Shown here piece by piece: positions 11,874 to 22,423 of a stretch of 32,000 nucleotides of DNA (the stretch's first letter is position 1; each line of letters begins with the position of its first letter). The position numbers and the translations under genes are program-made. The stretch is taken from the NCBI RefSeq assembly GCF_014395975.1, contig NZ_CP060714.1, forward strand, positions 1 through 32,000, read 5' to 3'. The stretch is from Diaphorobacter ruginosibacter. Lineage in GTDB: Bacteria; Pseudomonadota; Gammaproteobacteria; Burkholderiales; Burkholderiaceae_C. The notes beneath the pieces are model-generated. The model was not told the origin of the DNA, searched no databases, and saw only the letters and a list, made by a program, of their open reading frames with translations.

Positions 11874-13178
11874 TCAATGTCCGGCGGCATGTGCCTGGAC
11901 CGCATTGCGCAGGAAGCGCAGCACGCCGGGCCAGGACTGCGCATCGGCACGCGCGTTATCGCGCGGGTTGCCGCCGCTCGTGCTGACCTTGCCCGATACC
12001 GGGTGCGCATAGACATGCTGCGTGGTCGGCACGTAGGGGAACAGGATGGTGTGTCCCGCGTTCTCGTAGTTCAGCCATTGCACGTCGTGGGGGTGCTTCA
12101 CCTCGGCGAGCCTGTCGCGCACGATGCGGGAGTAGGTGTCGGACGGCCAGGAGCCGTCATCCGTTCCCGACAGCAGCATCACCGGCCCCGCGATGTCTTC
12201 CACGTGGATGCGTGCGCGCGCCAGGGCCTCGGGGTCTCCGAGCGCGGTGCGCATGGCGCGGTCATGGCGGTGCGGCGACGGTCCTTCGTCGAACGGCTTC
12301 CAGCTGGCCGTGCGATTGCCTTCCCACAGGTGGGTGAGCGGCTTGCCGTCCAGCAGCCAGGTCGGGCCTTCGCGGCCGATCTTCGGGTCGCTGGCGTTCT
12401 GGCCACTGTGCACGAAGGCGCTTGGCACGTAGGCCACCACGGCGTTCACCTCCCGGGGGAAGGTGGCGCCCAGCAGCAGCACCAGTTCGCCGCCGCGCGA
12501 CTGCCCGCTCACGGCGACGAAGTCGTTGGCCGGCCGCACGTTCCTGCGGATCCATTGCAGGCCCTTCTGGAAATACTCGAGGGGCGTGTTGGAGATGTAG
12601 TCGGACAGACCGGGCGCCTTGAAGTACGCCAGTGCAAATGCGGCGAAGCCGTGCGAGGCATACAGTGCCGCGCGCGGCTCGTTGATGCCACCACCGGAGC
12701 CGTTCAGGATCATCACCGCCGGATGCGGGCCGGCGCCTGCGGGCAGGTACAGCGTGCCGACGAGCCCGTCCTCGCGCACCTCGCGCCGCGTCACACCCCG
12801 GGCGGCCAGGTGCTGCGTGAGCGTTGCTCCGGCATTGGCCGCACCGGCACGCGCGGTGACGTCCGTGACCAGGGCATCGGTCACCGGGCTGTTGAAGTTC
12901 TCACGGCTCGCCGAGCCGACGGGCGACTGCGACCAGATCAGGCCCATGCCGTCCACGCCGGCGTAGCTGCCGCCATCCTGCGGGGCATCTCGCTCGAGAT
13001 CGATAACACCGTTTCCGTCGGCGAGAAAGCGGGCCTGGCTCTGCCAGGCCACGCCGCTGCGCAGCGTTCGCGTATCGATCACGACGGTCTCGCCGGGCCG
13101 CGCGCCCGTCACCGTGATGCGCCGCGGCTCGTCGATCAGCCCTTCGGCGGGCGTCACGGTGACCTGCAGCGTGCCCAT
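11874..13178 (-). CDS. BAAT/acyl-CoA thioesterase-family (dienelactone-hydrolase-like) alpha/beta hydrolase
   Basis: N-terminal beta-sandwich-like part followed by a hydrolase part with nucleophile elbow GQSRGG and a downstream H. Its start overlaps the binding-protein stop (TAATG). Confidence 0.75.
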   Translation of the reverse strand: MGTLQVTVTPAEGLIDEPRRITVTGARPGETVVIDTRTLRSGVAWQSQARFLADGNGVIDLERDAPQDGGSYAGVDGMGLIWSQSPVGSASRENFNSPVTDALVTDVTARAGAANAGATLTQHLAARGVTRREVREDGLVGTLYLPAGAGPHPAVMILNGSGGGINEPRAALYASHGFAAFALAYFKAPGLSDYISNTPLEYFQKGLQWIRRNVRPANDFVAVSGQSRGGELVLLLGATFPREVNAVVAYVPSAFVHSGQNASDPKIGREGPTWLLDGKPLTHLWEGNRTASWKPFDEGPSPHRHDRAMRTALGDPEALARARIHVEDIAGPVMLLSGTDDGSWPSDTYSRIVRDRLAEVKHPHDVQWLNYENAGHTILFPYVPTTQHVYAHPVSGKVSTSGGNPRDNARADAQSWPGVLRFLRNAVQAHAAGH

Positions 13179-14749
13179 TACTTGGCCACCTTGGTGACCA
13201 TCATGGCGGCGGTGCGGTCGCTGGTCATCGGCGTGACCTTCAGGCCCTTCTTGGTGGCCCAGATGTTCTTGTAGTGGTACAGCGGGATGATGCCCGCGTC
13301 ATCGGACACCAGCCTGGCCGACTGGCGCAGGATGGCTTCGCGCTTGGCAGGGTCGAACTCCGATGTGGAGTCGGCCAGTGCCTTGTCCACGGCCGCATTG
13401 CTGTAGTGGCCCCAGTTCGAGGCGCCCAGGCCCTTCTTGGCGTCGACGGTGGCCAGGATGTTCACCAGCGCATAGCTGGCCTCGCCCGTGCCGTTGCCCC
13501 AGGCGAGCATGCTCACGGCATACTCGTTCTTGTTGGCGCGGCCCGAGTACACGGCCCATGGCACGACCTCCACCTGGGTCTTCACGCCGATGCGGGTCCA
13601 GAACTGTGCGACGGCCTGTGCGGTCTCCGGGCCTTGCGGATAGCGGTCGTTCGGCACGTGCATGGTCAGCTTGAAGCCTTCGGGGAAGCCGGCGTCGGCC
13701 AGCAGCTTCTTGGCCTTGGCGGCGTCGAACGGAATGTTCTTGATCTCGGGGTTGTAGCCGAAGGTGTCCTTGGGCATCCACTGGTTGGCCTCGGTGGCCG
13801 CGTCCTGCAGGATGCGCTTGGTGATGGCGTCGCGGTTGATCGCCAGGTTCAGCGCCTGGCGCACGCGCTGGTCAAGCAGCGGGTTCTTCGCGAGCGGCTT
13901 GCCGGCGTTGTCGGTGATGTACTGGTTGGGGGCGGGGTTGAAGCTCGGCTGCAGCAGCATGACGCGCAGGCCGTCGTACGGGTACACGCTCACGTTGGCG
14001 GCGCTCTTGAGCTTGGCCAGATCCGACACCGAGACCTTGTCGATCACGTCCACGTCACCGGCCAGCAGCGCGGCGGTGCGGCCGGCTGCGTTGTTGATGT
14101 AGCGGTAGGTGACCTTCTCCCAGATCTGCTTCTGTCCCCAGTAGGCGTCGTTGCGCTCCATGATCACGCGGTCGCCCGGCGTGTACGACACGAACTTGTA
14201 CGGGCCGGTGCCAACCATCGCCTTGCCGGAGTTGTAGTCTTCGGTGCTGGACTTCTCGCCCACATGCTTGCTGACCACGTGCACCGACGCCAGGTTCAGC
14301 GGCAGGTCGGGGTTGGGCGTGTTGGTCTTGACAATCAGCGTGTGCGGATCCTTGGCGGTCATCGATTCGATGGTGCGCAGGTAGCCGCCATACGTCGCCA
14401 CGCTGCCCGGCACGGCCTTGGCGCGGGTGTAGGAATAGATCAGGTCATCGGCGGTGAACGGCTGGCCGTCCTGCCACTTCACGTCCTTGCGCAGCTTGAA
14501 CTCCCAGGTCTTGGGATCGATGTTCTTCCAGCTCTCGGCGAGGCCGGGCTGGAGCTTGTTCCACTTGTTCTCGACGAGCAGGTCCCAGAAATGCAGCGCC
14601 ACCGAGCGGTCGCCCGCGTGGTTGTTCAACTGGGGGTCGAGCGAGGACAGCGGATCGGCGAAGCCGATGCTCAGGTTGTCGGCGTGCGCGGCCATGCCGG
14701 CCGACAGCAGCGCGGCCGTGAGGGTGGAGAGAATGATTTTCTTGTTCAT
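13178..14749 (-). CDS. ABC transporter substrate-binding protein, family 5 (peptide/nickel type)
   Basis: Signal peptide MNKKIILSTLTAALLSAGMAAHA and typical SBP_bac_5 sequence. Start CAT at 14747..14749. Confidence 0.9.
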   Translation of the reverse strand: MNKKIILSTLTAALLSAGMAAHADNLSIGFADPLSSLDPQLNNHAGDRSVALHFWDLLVENKWNKLQPGLAESWKNIDPKTWEFKLRKDVKWQDGQPFTADDLIYSYTRAKAVPGSVATYGGYLRTIESMTAKDPHTLIVKTNTPNPDLPLNLASVHVVSKHVGEKSSTEDYNSGKAMVGTGPYKFVSYTPGDRVIMERNDAYWGQKQIWEKVTYRYINNAAGRTAALLAGDVDVIDKVSVSDLAKLKSAANVSVYPYDGLRVMLLQPSFNPAPNQYITDNAGKPLAKNPLLDQRVRQALNLAINRDAITKRILQDAATEANQWMPKDTFGYNPEIKNIPFDAAKAKKLLADAGFPEGFKLTMHVPNDRYPQGPETAQAVAQFWTRIGVKTQVEVVPWAVYSGRANKNEYAVSMLAWGNGTGEASYALVNILATVDAKKGLGASNWGHYSNAAVDKALADSTSEFDPAKREAILRQSARLVSDDAGIIPLYHYKNIWATKKGLKVTPMTSDRTAAMMVTKVAK

Positions 14750-14814
14750 GACGGGCTCCTTGTATTGAGGAAGGACTTGAATGACTGAATGAATGAAGGA
14801 AGGATGGTTCTGTT

Positions 14815-15869
14815 CTACGCGGAGGCGCCATCGTTGAGATGGCAGGCACTCAGGTGGTGGATGGCGATGCCCTTGAGTTGCGGCGCCTCCACCGTGCAGC
14901 GCGGCATGGCGTGCGGACATCGCGGGTGGAAATGGCAGCCTGACGGTGGATGGAGCGGGCTCGGGATCTCGCCCTGGATGGCGGTGTAGGTCTTGTGGCG
15001 CGCGCTCATGTTGGGCACCTCGGCCAGCAACGCCTGCGTGTAGGGGTGGTTGGGGTGCGAGAACAGTTCATCCACCGGCGCGGACTCGATCACGCGGCCC
15101 AGGTACATCACCACCACGCGGTCGGAGAGATGCTCCACCACGCCGAGGTCGTGGCTGATGAACAGGTAGGTGAGGTTGAGCTGCTCGCGCAGGTCCATGA
15201 ACAGGTTCAGGATCTGCGCCTGGATGGACACGTCGAGCGCCGCGACCGCCTCGTCGCACACCAGCATCGAGGGCTGCACGGCCAGTGCGCGCGCAATGCC
15301 GATGCGCTGGCGCTGGCCGCCGCTGAACTGGTGCGGATAGCGGCTGCGAAGCGCGGGATCCAGGCCCGCGCGCTCAAGCTGTGCGCACACGTAGTCGTCA
15401 AATCCCGCGCGGTCCACGAGTCCATGGATGCGCGCCGCCTCGCCCACGATCTCGTCGACGCGCAGGCGCGGATTCAGGCTCGCATAGGGGTTCTGGAAAA
15501 TCATCTGCACCGACAGGCGCGCGGCATGTTTTTCCTCGGGCGTCATGCCGGCGAAGTGGCGACCGTTGATCAGCACCTCGCCGTCCGATGGCGCGAGCAG
15601 GCCCGAGCCGATGCGCCCGAGCGTCGACTTGCCGCAGCCAGATTCGCCCACGAGGCCGACGACCTCGCCGGGCTTCACGACGAGGTCGACCTTGTCGACA
15701 GCACGCGTGATCGGCGCCGGTTTTTCCAGCCCGATGCCCTGCAGCGCGCGGCCGAGCAGGCCCGGCTTCTGTTCGCCAAAGCGCTTGCTCACGCCCCGGA
15801 GGTCGACTACCGGAGGCGGGGCGGATGTGCCCGGTGTGGCGGGCAAATTGTGGGTATCGTGCCCGAGGC

Positions 15870-15873
<4 letters not shown>
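14815..15873 (-). CDS. ABC transporter ATP-binding protein (DppF/OppF type)
   Basis: Walker [10 protein letters not shown], signature FSGGQRQR, Walker [13 protein letters not shown], and a C-terminal oligopeptide-type extension. ATGA overlap with the upstream ATPase. Confidence 0.9.
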
Positions 15874-16886
<1,013 letters not shown>

Positions 16887-17000
16887 CGGGCGTCAGCTGC
16901 GTTGTGAGGCAACTGGCGAGGCTTTTTGAGGTGGCTGCCGTGGGTTGGTTGTTCCCGGCCGGGACTGCCCCCGGCGGGGCCGTAACTTTGGAGGGTCGTC

Positions 17001-17933
17001 TCATCCCACGTTCCTCGGGTTGAGCACGTCGCGCAGGCGATCGCCCACGAGATTGATCGCGACGATGGTGATGAGCAGTGCAATGCCGGGGTAGAAGCTG
17101 ATCCAGTACTCGCCCGAGAGCATGTACTGGTAGCCGTTGGAGATCAGCAGCCCGAGCGAGGGTTCGGTCACGGGGACGCCCAGGCCCAGGAAGCTCAGCG
17201 TGGCCTCGAGCGTGATGGCGCGGGCGATCTGCAGCGTGCCGATGACGATCAGTGGCGGCAGGCAGTTCGGCAGGATGTGCTTGACCATGATGCGCCAGTT
17301 CGGGATGTCCTGGCATTGCGCCGCCTCGACATATTCCTTGCGGCGCTCGACCAGGGCCTGGCCGCGTGCGGTGCGGGCGTAGTAGGCCCACTCGAGGATC
17401 ACGAGCGTGAGCACGACGTTGCCCACGCCCTTGCCCAGCCATGCGAGGATCATCATCGCGACGAGGATCGACGGGAACGAGAGGATCAGGTCGACGATGC
17501 GCATGATGACGGCATCGGTGCGGCCGCCCGCATAGGCCGCGAGCAGCCCGAGCAGCGTGCCGATGACGCCCGCGATCAGCGCGGAGCCGACGCCGACGAT
17601 GAGACTGATGCGCAGGCCGTAGAGAATGGCCGAGTACAGGTCGCGGCCCTGGCCGTCGGTGCCGAGCACGTAGCGGAAGGTATCGAGTCCGTTCATGGCG
17701 CCCGGATGCAGGCGGGCATCCATGACGTCCAGCTGCATCAGGTCGTAGGGGTTCTGCGGCGTGATCCACGGCGCGAACAGCGCGGCCAGGATCAGCAGCG
17801 CGGCCACGACGAGACCGAACACCGCGAGCCTCGACGCGAAGAAGTCGCGCGCATGCTCGCGCCAGGGCGACTCCTGCCTGGAGGGCCGGGCGGGCGTGGC
17901 GGGCGGTGTGGGCGGGGTGGTGGACTGGCTCAT
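17001..17933 (-). CDS. ABC transporter permease (DppC/OppC type)
   Basis: Multi-TM BPD-transporter permease (TLEATLSFLGLG motif). ATGA overlap with the upstream permease fragment. Confidence 0.9.
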   Translation of the reverse strand: MSQSTTPPTPPATPARPSRQESPWREHARDFFASRLAVFGLVVAALLILAALFAPWITPQNPYDLMQLDVMDARLHPGAMNGLDTFRYVLGTDGQGRDLYSAILYGLRISLIVGVGSALIAGVIGTLLGLLAAYAGGRTDAVIMRIVDLILSFPSILVAMMILAWLGKGVGNVVLTLVILEWAYYARTARGQALVERRKEYVEAAQCQDIPNWRIMVKHILPNCLPPLIVIGTLQIARAITLEATLSFLGLGVPVTEPSLGLLISNGYQYMLSGEYWISFYPGIALLITIVAINLVGDRLRDVLNPRNVG

Positions 17934-18365
17934 GCCGCAGCTTCCAGACGTACGCGTGGATCAAGCACCTTGTAGAGGATGTCCACGATGAGATTGAGCG
18001 TGACGAACAGGCACACCACGACGACGAGGTAGGACACGATCACGGGCCGGTCGAGCGCGTTGATGCTGTCCAGGATCAGCTTGCCCGCGCCGGGCCACGA
18101 GAAGATGCTCTCGGTGACGACGGCGAACGCGATGGTCGATCCCAGCTCGAGGCCGAGCACGGTGACCAGCGGGATCATGGTGTTGCGCAGCACGTGCACG
18201 ACGATCACGCGCAGTGGCGACAGGCCCTTGGCGCGCGCGAACTTCACGAAGTCGAGCGGAAGCACCTCGCGCACGCCGGCACGCGTGAGGCGGATCACGA
18301 GCGATATCTTGAACAGGGACAGGTTGATCGCGGGAAGCAGCATGTGCTTGAGGCCGCTTACCGTG
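17930..18365 (-). pseudogene. 3' fragment of a DppB/OppB-type ABC permease gene, separated from its 5' part by the prophage
   Basis: Encodes ...VSGLKHMLLPAINLSLFKISLVIRLTRAG...ILYKVLDPRVRLEAAA, which is the C-terminal ~145 codons of a DppB-like permease. There is no N-terminal half here. The matching N-terminal half is at 25698..26239. Confidence 0.85.
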
Positions 18366-18378
18366 GTTTTCGAACCAT
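18351..18378. other. attL (host half AGGCCG-cttacc, core GTG, phage half gtttt-CGAACCAT)
   Basis: This is the junction between the permease reading frame and the lower-GC insert. See the att finding for the symmetry of the half-sites. Confidence 0.6.
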
Positions 18379-18384
18379 AGAAAG

Positions 18385-18410
18385 GGACCGGTTTTTCCGG
18401 TCCTTTTTTT
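18385..18410 (+). terminator. Stem-loop plus T7 run at the left phage end
   Basis: GGACCGG-ttttt-CCGGTCC followed by TTTTTTT on the plus strand. The T-run overlaps the recombinase stop codon. In a circularised genome it would lie just downstream of the plus-strand HTH gene. It also follows the minus-strand recombinase gene. Confidence 0.6.
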
Positions 18411-18984
18411 ATTCCAAGCTGCTGTGACCCGGTTTCGTTACCCGGTAGATAGCACGTTTGACGCTCGAAGTATGGACACCGAAATGATGGGCTAGGGCGT
18501 CCATCGTGTAATAACCAGTTCCATACAAACGCACAAGGTGAGCCTCCTTGACAGGCGTCAAAGATCGCTTGCGACCAAACTTCACACCACGGGCCTTCGC
18601 TGCTGCGATACCCGCTGCACTTCGCTCTAGGATCATTTCCCGTTCAAACTCGGCAAATGCGCTCAGCATATGCACAAACATTCGACCGTGCGGCGTATCG
18701 GTTTCGATAGATTGCGTCAATGATCGAAACCCAATTCCCCGTCGTTGCAGATCTTCAAAAACCCGCACGAAATGCGAAACACTGCGCGCTAGACGGTCCA
18801 ATTTATAGACCACCAATACGTCACCTTTTTTTAGGCGCTTCAGCAGCTTGGCAAGTTCCGGTCGTTCCTTTATTGCAGACCGACGTTCTTCAACAATATG
18901 CTCTATTCCCGCTCTCCTGAATGCTTCTACCTGAGCATCTGTGTTTTGTTCAGAGGTAGACACGCGTGCATAACCAATCTCCAT
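18409..18984 (-). CDS. Small serine recombinase (resolvase/invertase family)
   Basis: N-terminal catalytic motif MEIGYARVSTSEQ (nucleophilic Ser), VYKLDRLARS, and a C-terminal HTH (YYTMDALAHHFGVHTSSVKR). 191 aa. Confidence 0.9.
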   Translation of the reverse strand: MEIGYARVSTSEQNTDAQVEAFRRAGIEHIVEERRSAIKERPELAKLLKRLKKGDVLVVYKLDRLARSVSHFVRVFEDLQRRGIGFRSLTQSIETDTPHGRMFVHMLSAFAEFEREMILERSAAGIAAAKARGVKFGRKRSLTPVKEAHLVRLYGTGYYTMDALAHHFGVHTSSVKRAIYRVTKPGHSSLE

Positions 18985-19010
18985 TTATCCTCCCATATAT
19001 GGAGAGCTGA

Positions 19011-19481
19011 CTATCGCTTGAAATCGCGCTGAACACGCAATGCCAATTGGTTCAATTGACGCAGCCCGGGCGGCTTGTTGTCCATGCTGTAGCTGATCCT
19101 CTCATCACGCTTGGGCACTGGCGATACATGATCCTTCAGCTTGCCACCGGCGAGCGTGAATGCCGGGCTTCCATCGGTTATTGCCTCGCAGTGGTCCACC
19201 TCGACCGCCACCGGCCGGCCGCGTCCGGTGTAGCACCGGCATTCATCTGCCATGCGCAAGCATCCATTCGGCACCTGGGCCGCCACTGGAAGCGATACCA
19301 GGATGATGAGCAGCAGCGCAACGGCGCTAGCGCGCAAACAGCCGACGTTTATCAAGCACGAATGAGCGCCACGCATTGCCAGATACCGTGCCTCGCGGAT
19401 GTACGCATCGAATTGCAAGAGCCGCGACGTCTCCGCTTCGCTGACATGGGGCGATGCCCCATACCCCACAGCGCCCCTCAT
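19011..19481 (-). CDS. Hypothetical single-pass membrane/periplasmic protein, possible pXI-like assembly partner
   Basis: ATGA overlap with the Zot-like gene stop. TM segment ASAVALLLIILVSLPVAA followed by a Cys-containing soluble part. An internal start at MRGAHSC is possible. Confidence 0.5.
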   Translation of the reverse strand: MRGAVGYGASPHVSEAETSRLLQFDAYIREARYLAMRGAHSCLINVGCLRASAVALLLIILVSLPVAAQVPNGCLRMADECRCYTGRGRPVAVEVDHCEAITDGSPAFTLAGGKLKDHVSPVPKRDERISYSMDNKPPGLRQLNQLALRVQRDFKR

Positions 19482-20368
19482 GCAGACAGCCTCATGCGCT
19501 GATAGCGTGCCACCAGTTGAAGCGATTGATCTGGTGGCAGCGCTCGAGCCAGCTTAACGACTCGCGCCAACTGAAGGTCAGGCACCAGCGGTGCTAACGG
19601 CTTGACATGTTGCGGCTTGGCCTTGAACAAGATAGCGAGCAGCTTTCTCCACCATGGGACCTCATCGCCCGCCAGGAAGCGCCCTTCAACATGCCATGGC
19701 GAAAGCACTGAATGTGTGCCGTATGGGTAGTCCAAGCGGAACACCTGCCGCGTGTCGTAGCAAGGCTCAATGTCCTGGCCCTTGAACCAAAGTCGATCGC
19801 TCACCAAGTCTTGCGGATTCGTGCCAATCCGGAAAACCGCTTGATGAAAACGCGGCAGATAGCCGAATCGATCGCCAAGCAGCATCCCGATCAACGTGCC
19901 GACGAAAGGAATGCGCACCTTGTCATAGCGCACATGTCGCACGGTCTGTTCAATAAACGAGTCCCGTAGCTGCTTATCGACCTGGGAGACGTCCTGCATG
20001 ATGTAGTAGCAGTCCCAGCCATGCTTACGAGCATGCGCCAGGAAATCAAGGGTTCCGGCCCGCCCCTTATCGTTGAACGTGCGCGCGTTGAACCACGTAC
20101 CCAACTCATCAAGCACCATGGCCCCGTTTTTATCTTCATCGTAGGAATCCGGGTTGCCATGCCCCGCCGCCAGTAAATCGAACTCAGTCGGCTTATCTGG
20201 CACGCGCACATAGGTAACCTTCGATCGCGGACCAAACATGGCTTTCAGATCGATATCCAAGTTTGTGGCCACAGCCCTTTTTCGCTTGAAATAGGTCTCG
20301 CGCATGCGCAAGACAGCGTGCTTGCTTTTGCCAGTCCCTTTCTTTCCGACGAACGCGTAATCGGTCAT
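19478..20368 (-). CDS. Zot/pI-family phage assembly ATPase
   Basis: Walker A FVGKKGTGKSK at the N-terminus and Walker B GAMVLDELG. It sits after the pVI-like gene, as in inoviruses. Start at MTDYAF (CAT at 20366..20368). Confidence 0.85.
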   Translation of the reverse strand: MTDYAFVGKKGTGKSKHAVLRMRETYFKRKRAVATNLDIDLKAMFGPRSKVTYVRVPDKPTEFDLLAAGHGNPDSYDEDKNGAMVLDELGTWFNARTFNDKGRAGTLDFLAHARKHGWDCYYIMQDVSQVDKQLRDSFIEQTVRHVRYDKVRIPFVGTLIGMLLGDRFGYLPRFHQAVFRIGTNPQDLVSDRLWFKGQDIEPCYDTRQVFRLDYPYGTHSVLSPWHVEGRFLAGDEVPWWRKLLAILFKAKPQHVKPLAPLVPDLQLARVVKLARALPPDQSLQLVARYQRMRLSA

Positions 20369-20369
20369 A

Positions 20370-20720
20370 TCAGCGGCTGTAGTTGTGAATGCCAGTCTTC
20401 CTGATCTTGTAGACCTGACACCCAATCCACACGGAGGCCATGCACGTCAAGATCGCACCGGCATTGCCAGGAATGAACATACCCACGCCCATCAGGAAAT
20501 AGGACCAAAGCGCCCCATTACCACCGCCACCACCACCGCCCTGAACCATGCCAAGCAACGTATTCAAACAGACAGAAACTGTCGTGACGAAGGTCGTTAG
20601 GATGGTGATCCACACAAGGAAGGACGCCAAGCTCAGCGCAGCTTTGAATCCCAGCCAGCGTGAAAAGAAGCCCGTGAGAAAGGTCGCAATCGACCCTATG
20701 AAAGTCGCAAGAATCGGCAT
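20370..20720 (-). CDS. pVI-like minor virion protein (hydrophobic, 116 aa)
   Basis: Called from position between the pIII-like and pI-like genes, from size, and from multiple hydrophobic segments. It contains an internal G7 tract. Confidence 0.6.
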   Translation of the reverse strand: MPILATFIGSIATFLTGFFSRWLGFKAALSLASFLVWITILTTFVTTVSVCLNTLLGMVQGGGGGGGNGALWSYFLMGVGMFIPGNAGAILTCMASVWIGCQVYKIRKTGIHNYSR

Positions 20721-22085
20721 TTAAACGGCCTCCCTGATCCAGCCCAAACAAAGCCATATAGCCGTCAGCGCCCACACATAAGCCATGATCGCGCGACCAG
20801 TATCGACAACCTCACATTGCTTTTCATAGGCCACACCACCAGGGAGAGGTATGGGCGTGCAAGACGCCAACGGAGGCGCTGAAAAGAGCACATTCATGGA
20901 ATCGAAAATTCCACCACCAGATTCCTTCATCTGATCGCGATTAGCCTCAATATCGGCCTTCCACTTATCCAGACCTTTGCCACCATCACCCTTGTACTCC
21001 TTGGGCGTACCTGTCTCATCGATCTTGCAAGGCGGTTGCCCCGGCGCACCGCACGCAGCTTGCTCTTTACCCTCACCCGGCTTGTTCGTCGTGCCGTCTG
21101 GCTTGGTTCCCCCACCAGCCGCGCCCCCAGGGCCACCAGCACTACCGCCTGTGCCAGTACTAGGCGTGCGCCCTGCACCGTCAGTACCAGACCCCTCCCC
21201 CTCACTCGGCTTATTGCCCGCGGGAGGGTTGCCCTTATCTGAGCCGTTGTTGTTCGGCTTGTTTGGATCGGTAGATGGCACCGGCTTTTGCGCGTTACCA
21301 AAGCACCCCTTGACACCATTGACCTCACCGACATAACCCGGGCACGGTGGGTCTTTCGAGTCATCAGGCGTGAGCAAATCAGGCGCTACCTCACTGTCAG
21401 AAGTGCTGCAGCTTTCCCCGCTGTAATGACCTCTGAAATCAGTACTGACCCGGTACATGCCATTGTTACCGGGCGTTTGCGATACCCACCCTTTGCAGTC
21501 CGCACACGGCTCATTGGCGTCAATGTCTTGCTTACAACCACTGGTGCCACCCGGCGTGCTAGGACTGCAAACACTGAACTGACCGCCCGAAGGAAGCTGG
21601 TTAGTTACAACCCAGGACTCGGAAGGGTCACCAACGCTGGGCGTACGCTTCCATCCCGATGTGATATTCACAATGTCGAACGTACCGGCCTTGCCGCCAC
21701 ACTCCGCAGACTGGTTGGATTTACACTGCCCGCCCTGCTCTGAATAGCCAGACTTGCACACACACTCGCCGCCAACGCTTTCCGAATTTTCAGGGCAGAC
21801 TTGGGCGGTGCTGCATGGGACATTCATCAAATTGATATCCCGGCCATCCTTGTTCTGAGCCATGATTTGACAGAAGCCTGAAGCCGAAATGCCGTAGAAG
21901 CGGTAAGCAACACTCTCCCCGGACGGTGGCTCATTTGCTGCGGCGTCTGCGCATGCAGACTCTTTCGACATACCAGTACCGTAACGGCACACATAGCCTT
22001 GGCCTGGAGGCACCGAGGCTATGGCTGAATGACCAAGGACCACCAGCATGACGGCCAGCAGCCAACGCCAATAAACAATTCGCAT
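20721..22085 (-). CDS. pIII-like adsorption/minor coat protein
   Basis: Signal peptide (LLAVMLVVLGHSAIA), a Cys-rich N-terminal region, a long G/P/T/S-rich linker (GSGTDGAGRTPSTGTGGSAGGPGGAAGGGTKPDG) and a C-terminal anchor (AIMAYVWALTAIWLCLGWI). GAGGAG SD. Confidence 0.7.
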   Translation of the reverse strand: MRIVYWRWLLAVMLVVLGHSAIASVPPGQGYVCRYGTGMSKESACADAAANEPPSGESVAYRFYGISASGFCQIMAQNKDGRDINLMNVPCSTAQVCPENSESVGGECVCKSGYSEQGGQCKSNQSAECGGKAGTFDIVNITSGWKRTPSVGDPSESWVVTNQLPSGGQFSVCSPSTPGGTSGCKQDIDANEPCADCKGWVSQTPGNNGMYRVSTDFRGHYSGESCSTSDSEVAPDLLTPDDSKDPPCPGYVGEVNGVKGCFGNAQKPVPSTDPNKPNNNGSDKGNPPAGNKPSEGEGSGTDGAGRTPSTGTGGSAGGPGGAAGGGTKPDGTTNKPGEGKEQAACGAPGQPPCKIDETGTPKEYKGDGGKGLDKWKADIEANRDQMKESGGGIFDSMNVLFSAPPLASCTPIPLPGGVAYEKQCEVVDTGRAIMAYVWALTAIWLCLGWIREAV

Positions 22086-22109
22086 AACGACTCCTCAAAC
22101 TGCCTTACA

Positions 22110-22130
22110 CATGCCCCGAAAGGAGGCATG
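22110..22130 (-). terminator. Hairpin between the major coat and pIII-like genes (possible attenuating terminator)
   Basis: Minus strand CATGCC-T-CC-tttc-GG-GGCATG. There is no strong T-run. The position is analogous to the terminator after gene VIII in Ff phages. Confidence 0.35.
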
Positions 22131-22142
22131 GCGTAAAGCCGC

Positions 22143-22382
22143 TTAGGCAGCGGACTTGCCGCGCTTGATCCACTTGATGCCAATCATGATGCCGGTCGCA
22201 ACGACAGCCAGAGCAAAAAGCGGAGTGGCGTAGCTGCTGGCCTCGCCCTTGAGCGCCTCGAGAGAAGCGGCAGCACTCGGAATCGTTTCCTGCGCCATGA
22301 CGCCAGCAGACAGAGCCAGAGCACCAACGGCGGCAGCAGCCTTAGAACCGTACTTGACCATCACATTACGAGTTGTGTTCAT
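22143..22382 (-). CDS. pVIII-like major coat protein precursor (79 aa)
   Basis: Leader ending ALSAGVMA, then an acidic N-terminus (QETIPSAAASLEALKGE), a hydrophobic core (LFALAVVATGIMIGI) and a basic tail (KWIKRGK). GGAGG SD. The longer track ORF runs through a hairpin and is rejected. Confidence 0.75.
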   Translation of the reverse strand: MNTTRNVMVKYGSKAAAAVGALALSAGVMAQETIPSAAASLEALKGEASSYATPLFALAVVATGIMIGIKWIKRGKSAA

Positions 22383-22423
22383 AGAACCTCCGAAAAGTTG
22401 AAAAAAAGGTGCAACTGCACCGG

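Noticed and set aside
18993-19002. CCATATATGG palindrome between ORF156 and the recombinase start
   Set aside because: The 10-bp palindrome is real, but it is short and overlaps the recombinase SD region. It is not enough on its own to call an operator or terminator.
20515-20540. CCA/CCG-rich tract encoding the G7 run in the pVI-like protein, considered as a slipped-strand phase-variation repeat
   Set aside because: The codons are mixed (not a pure homopolymer or a perfect trinucleotide repeat), and any in-frame slippage would only change the glycine count.
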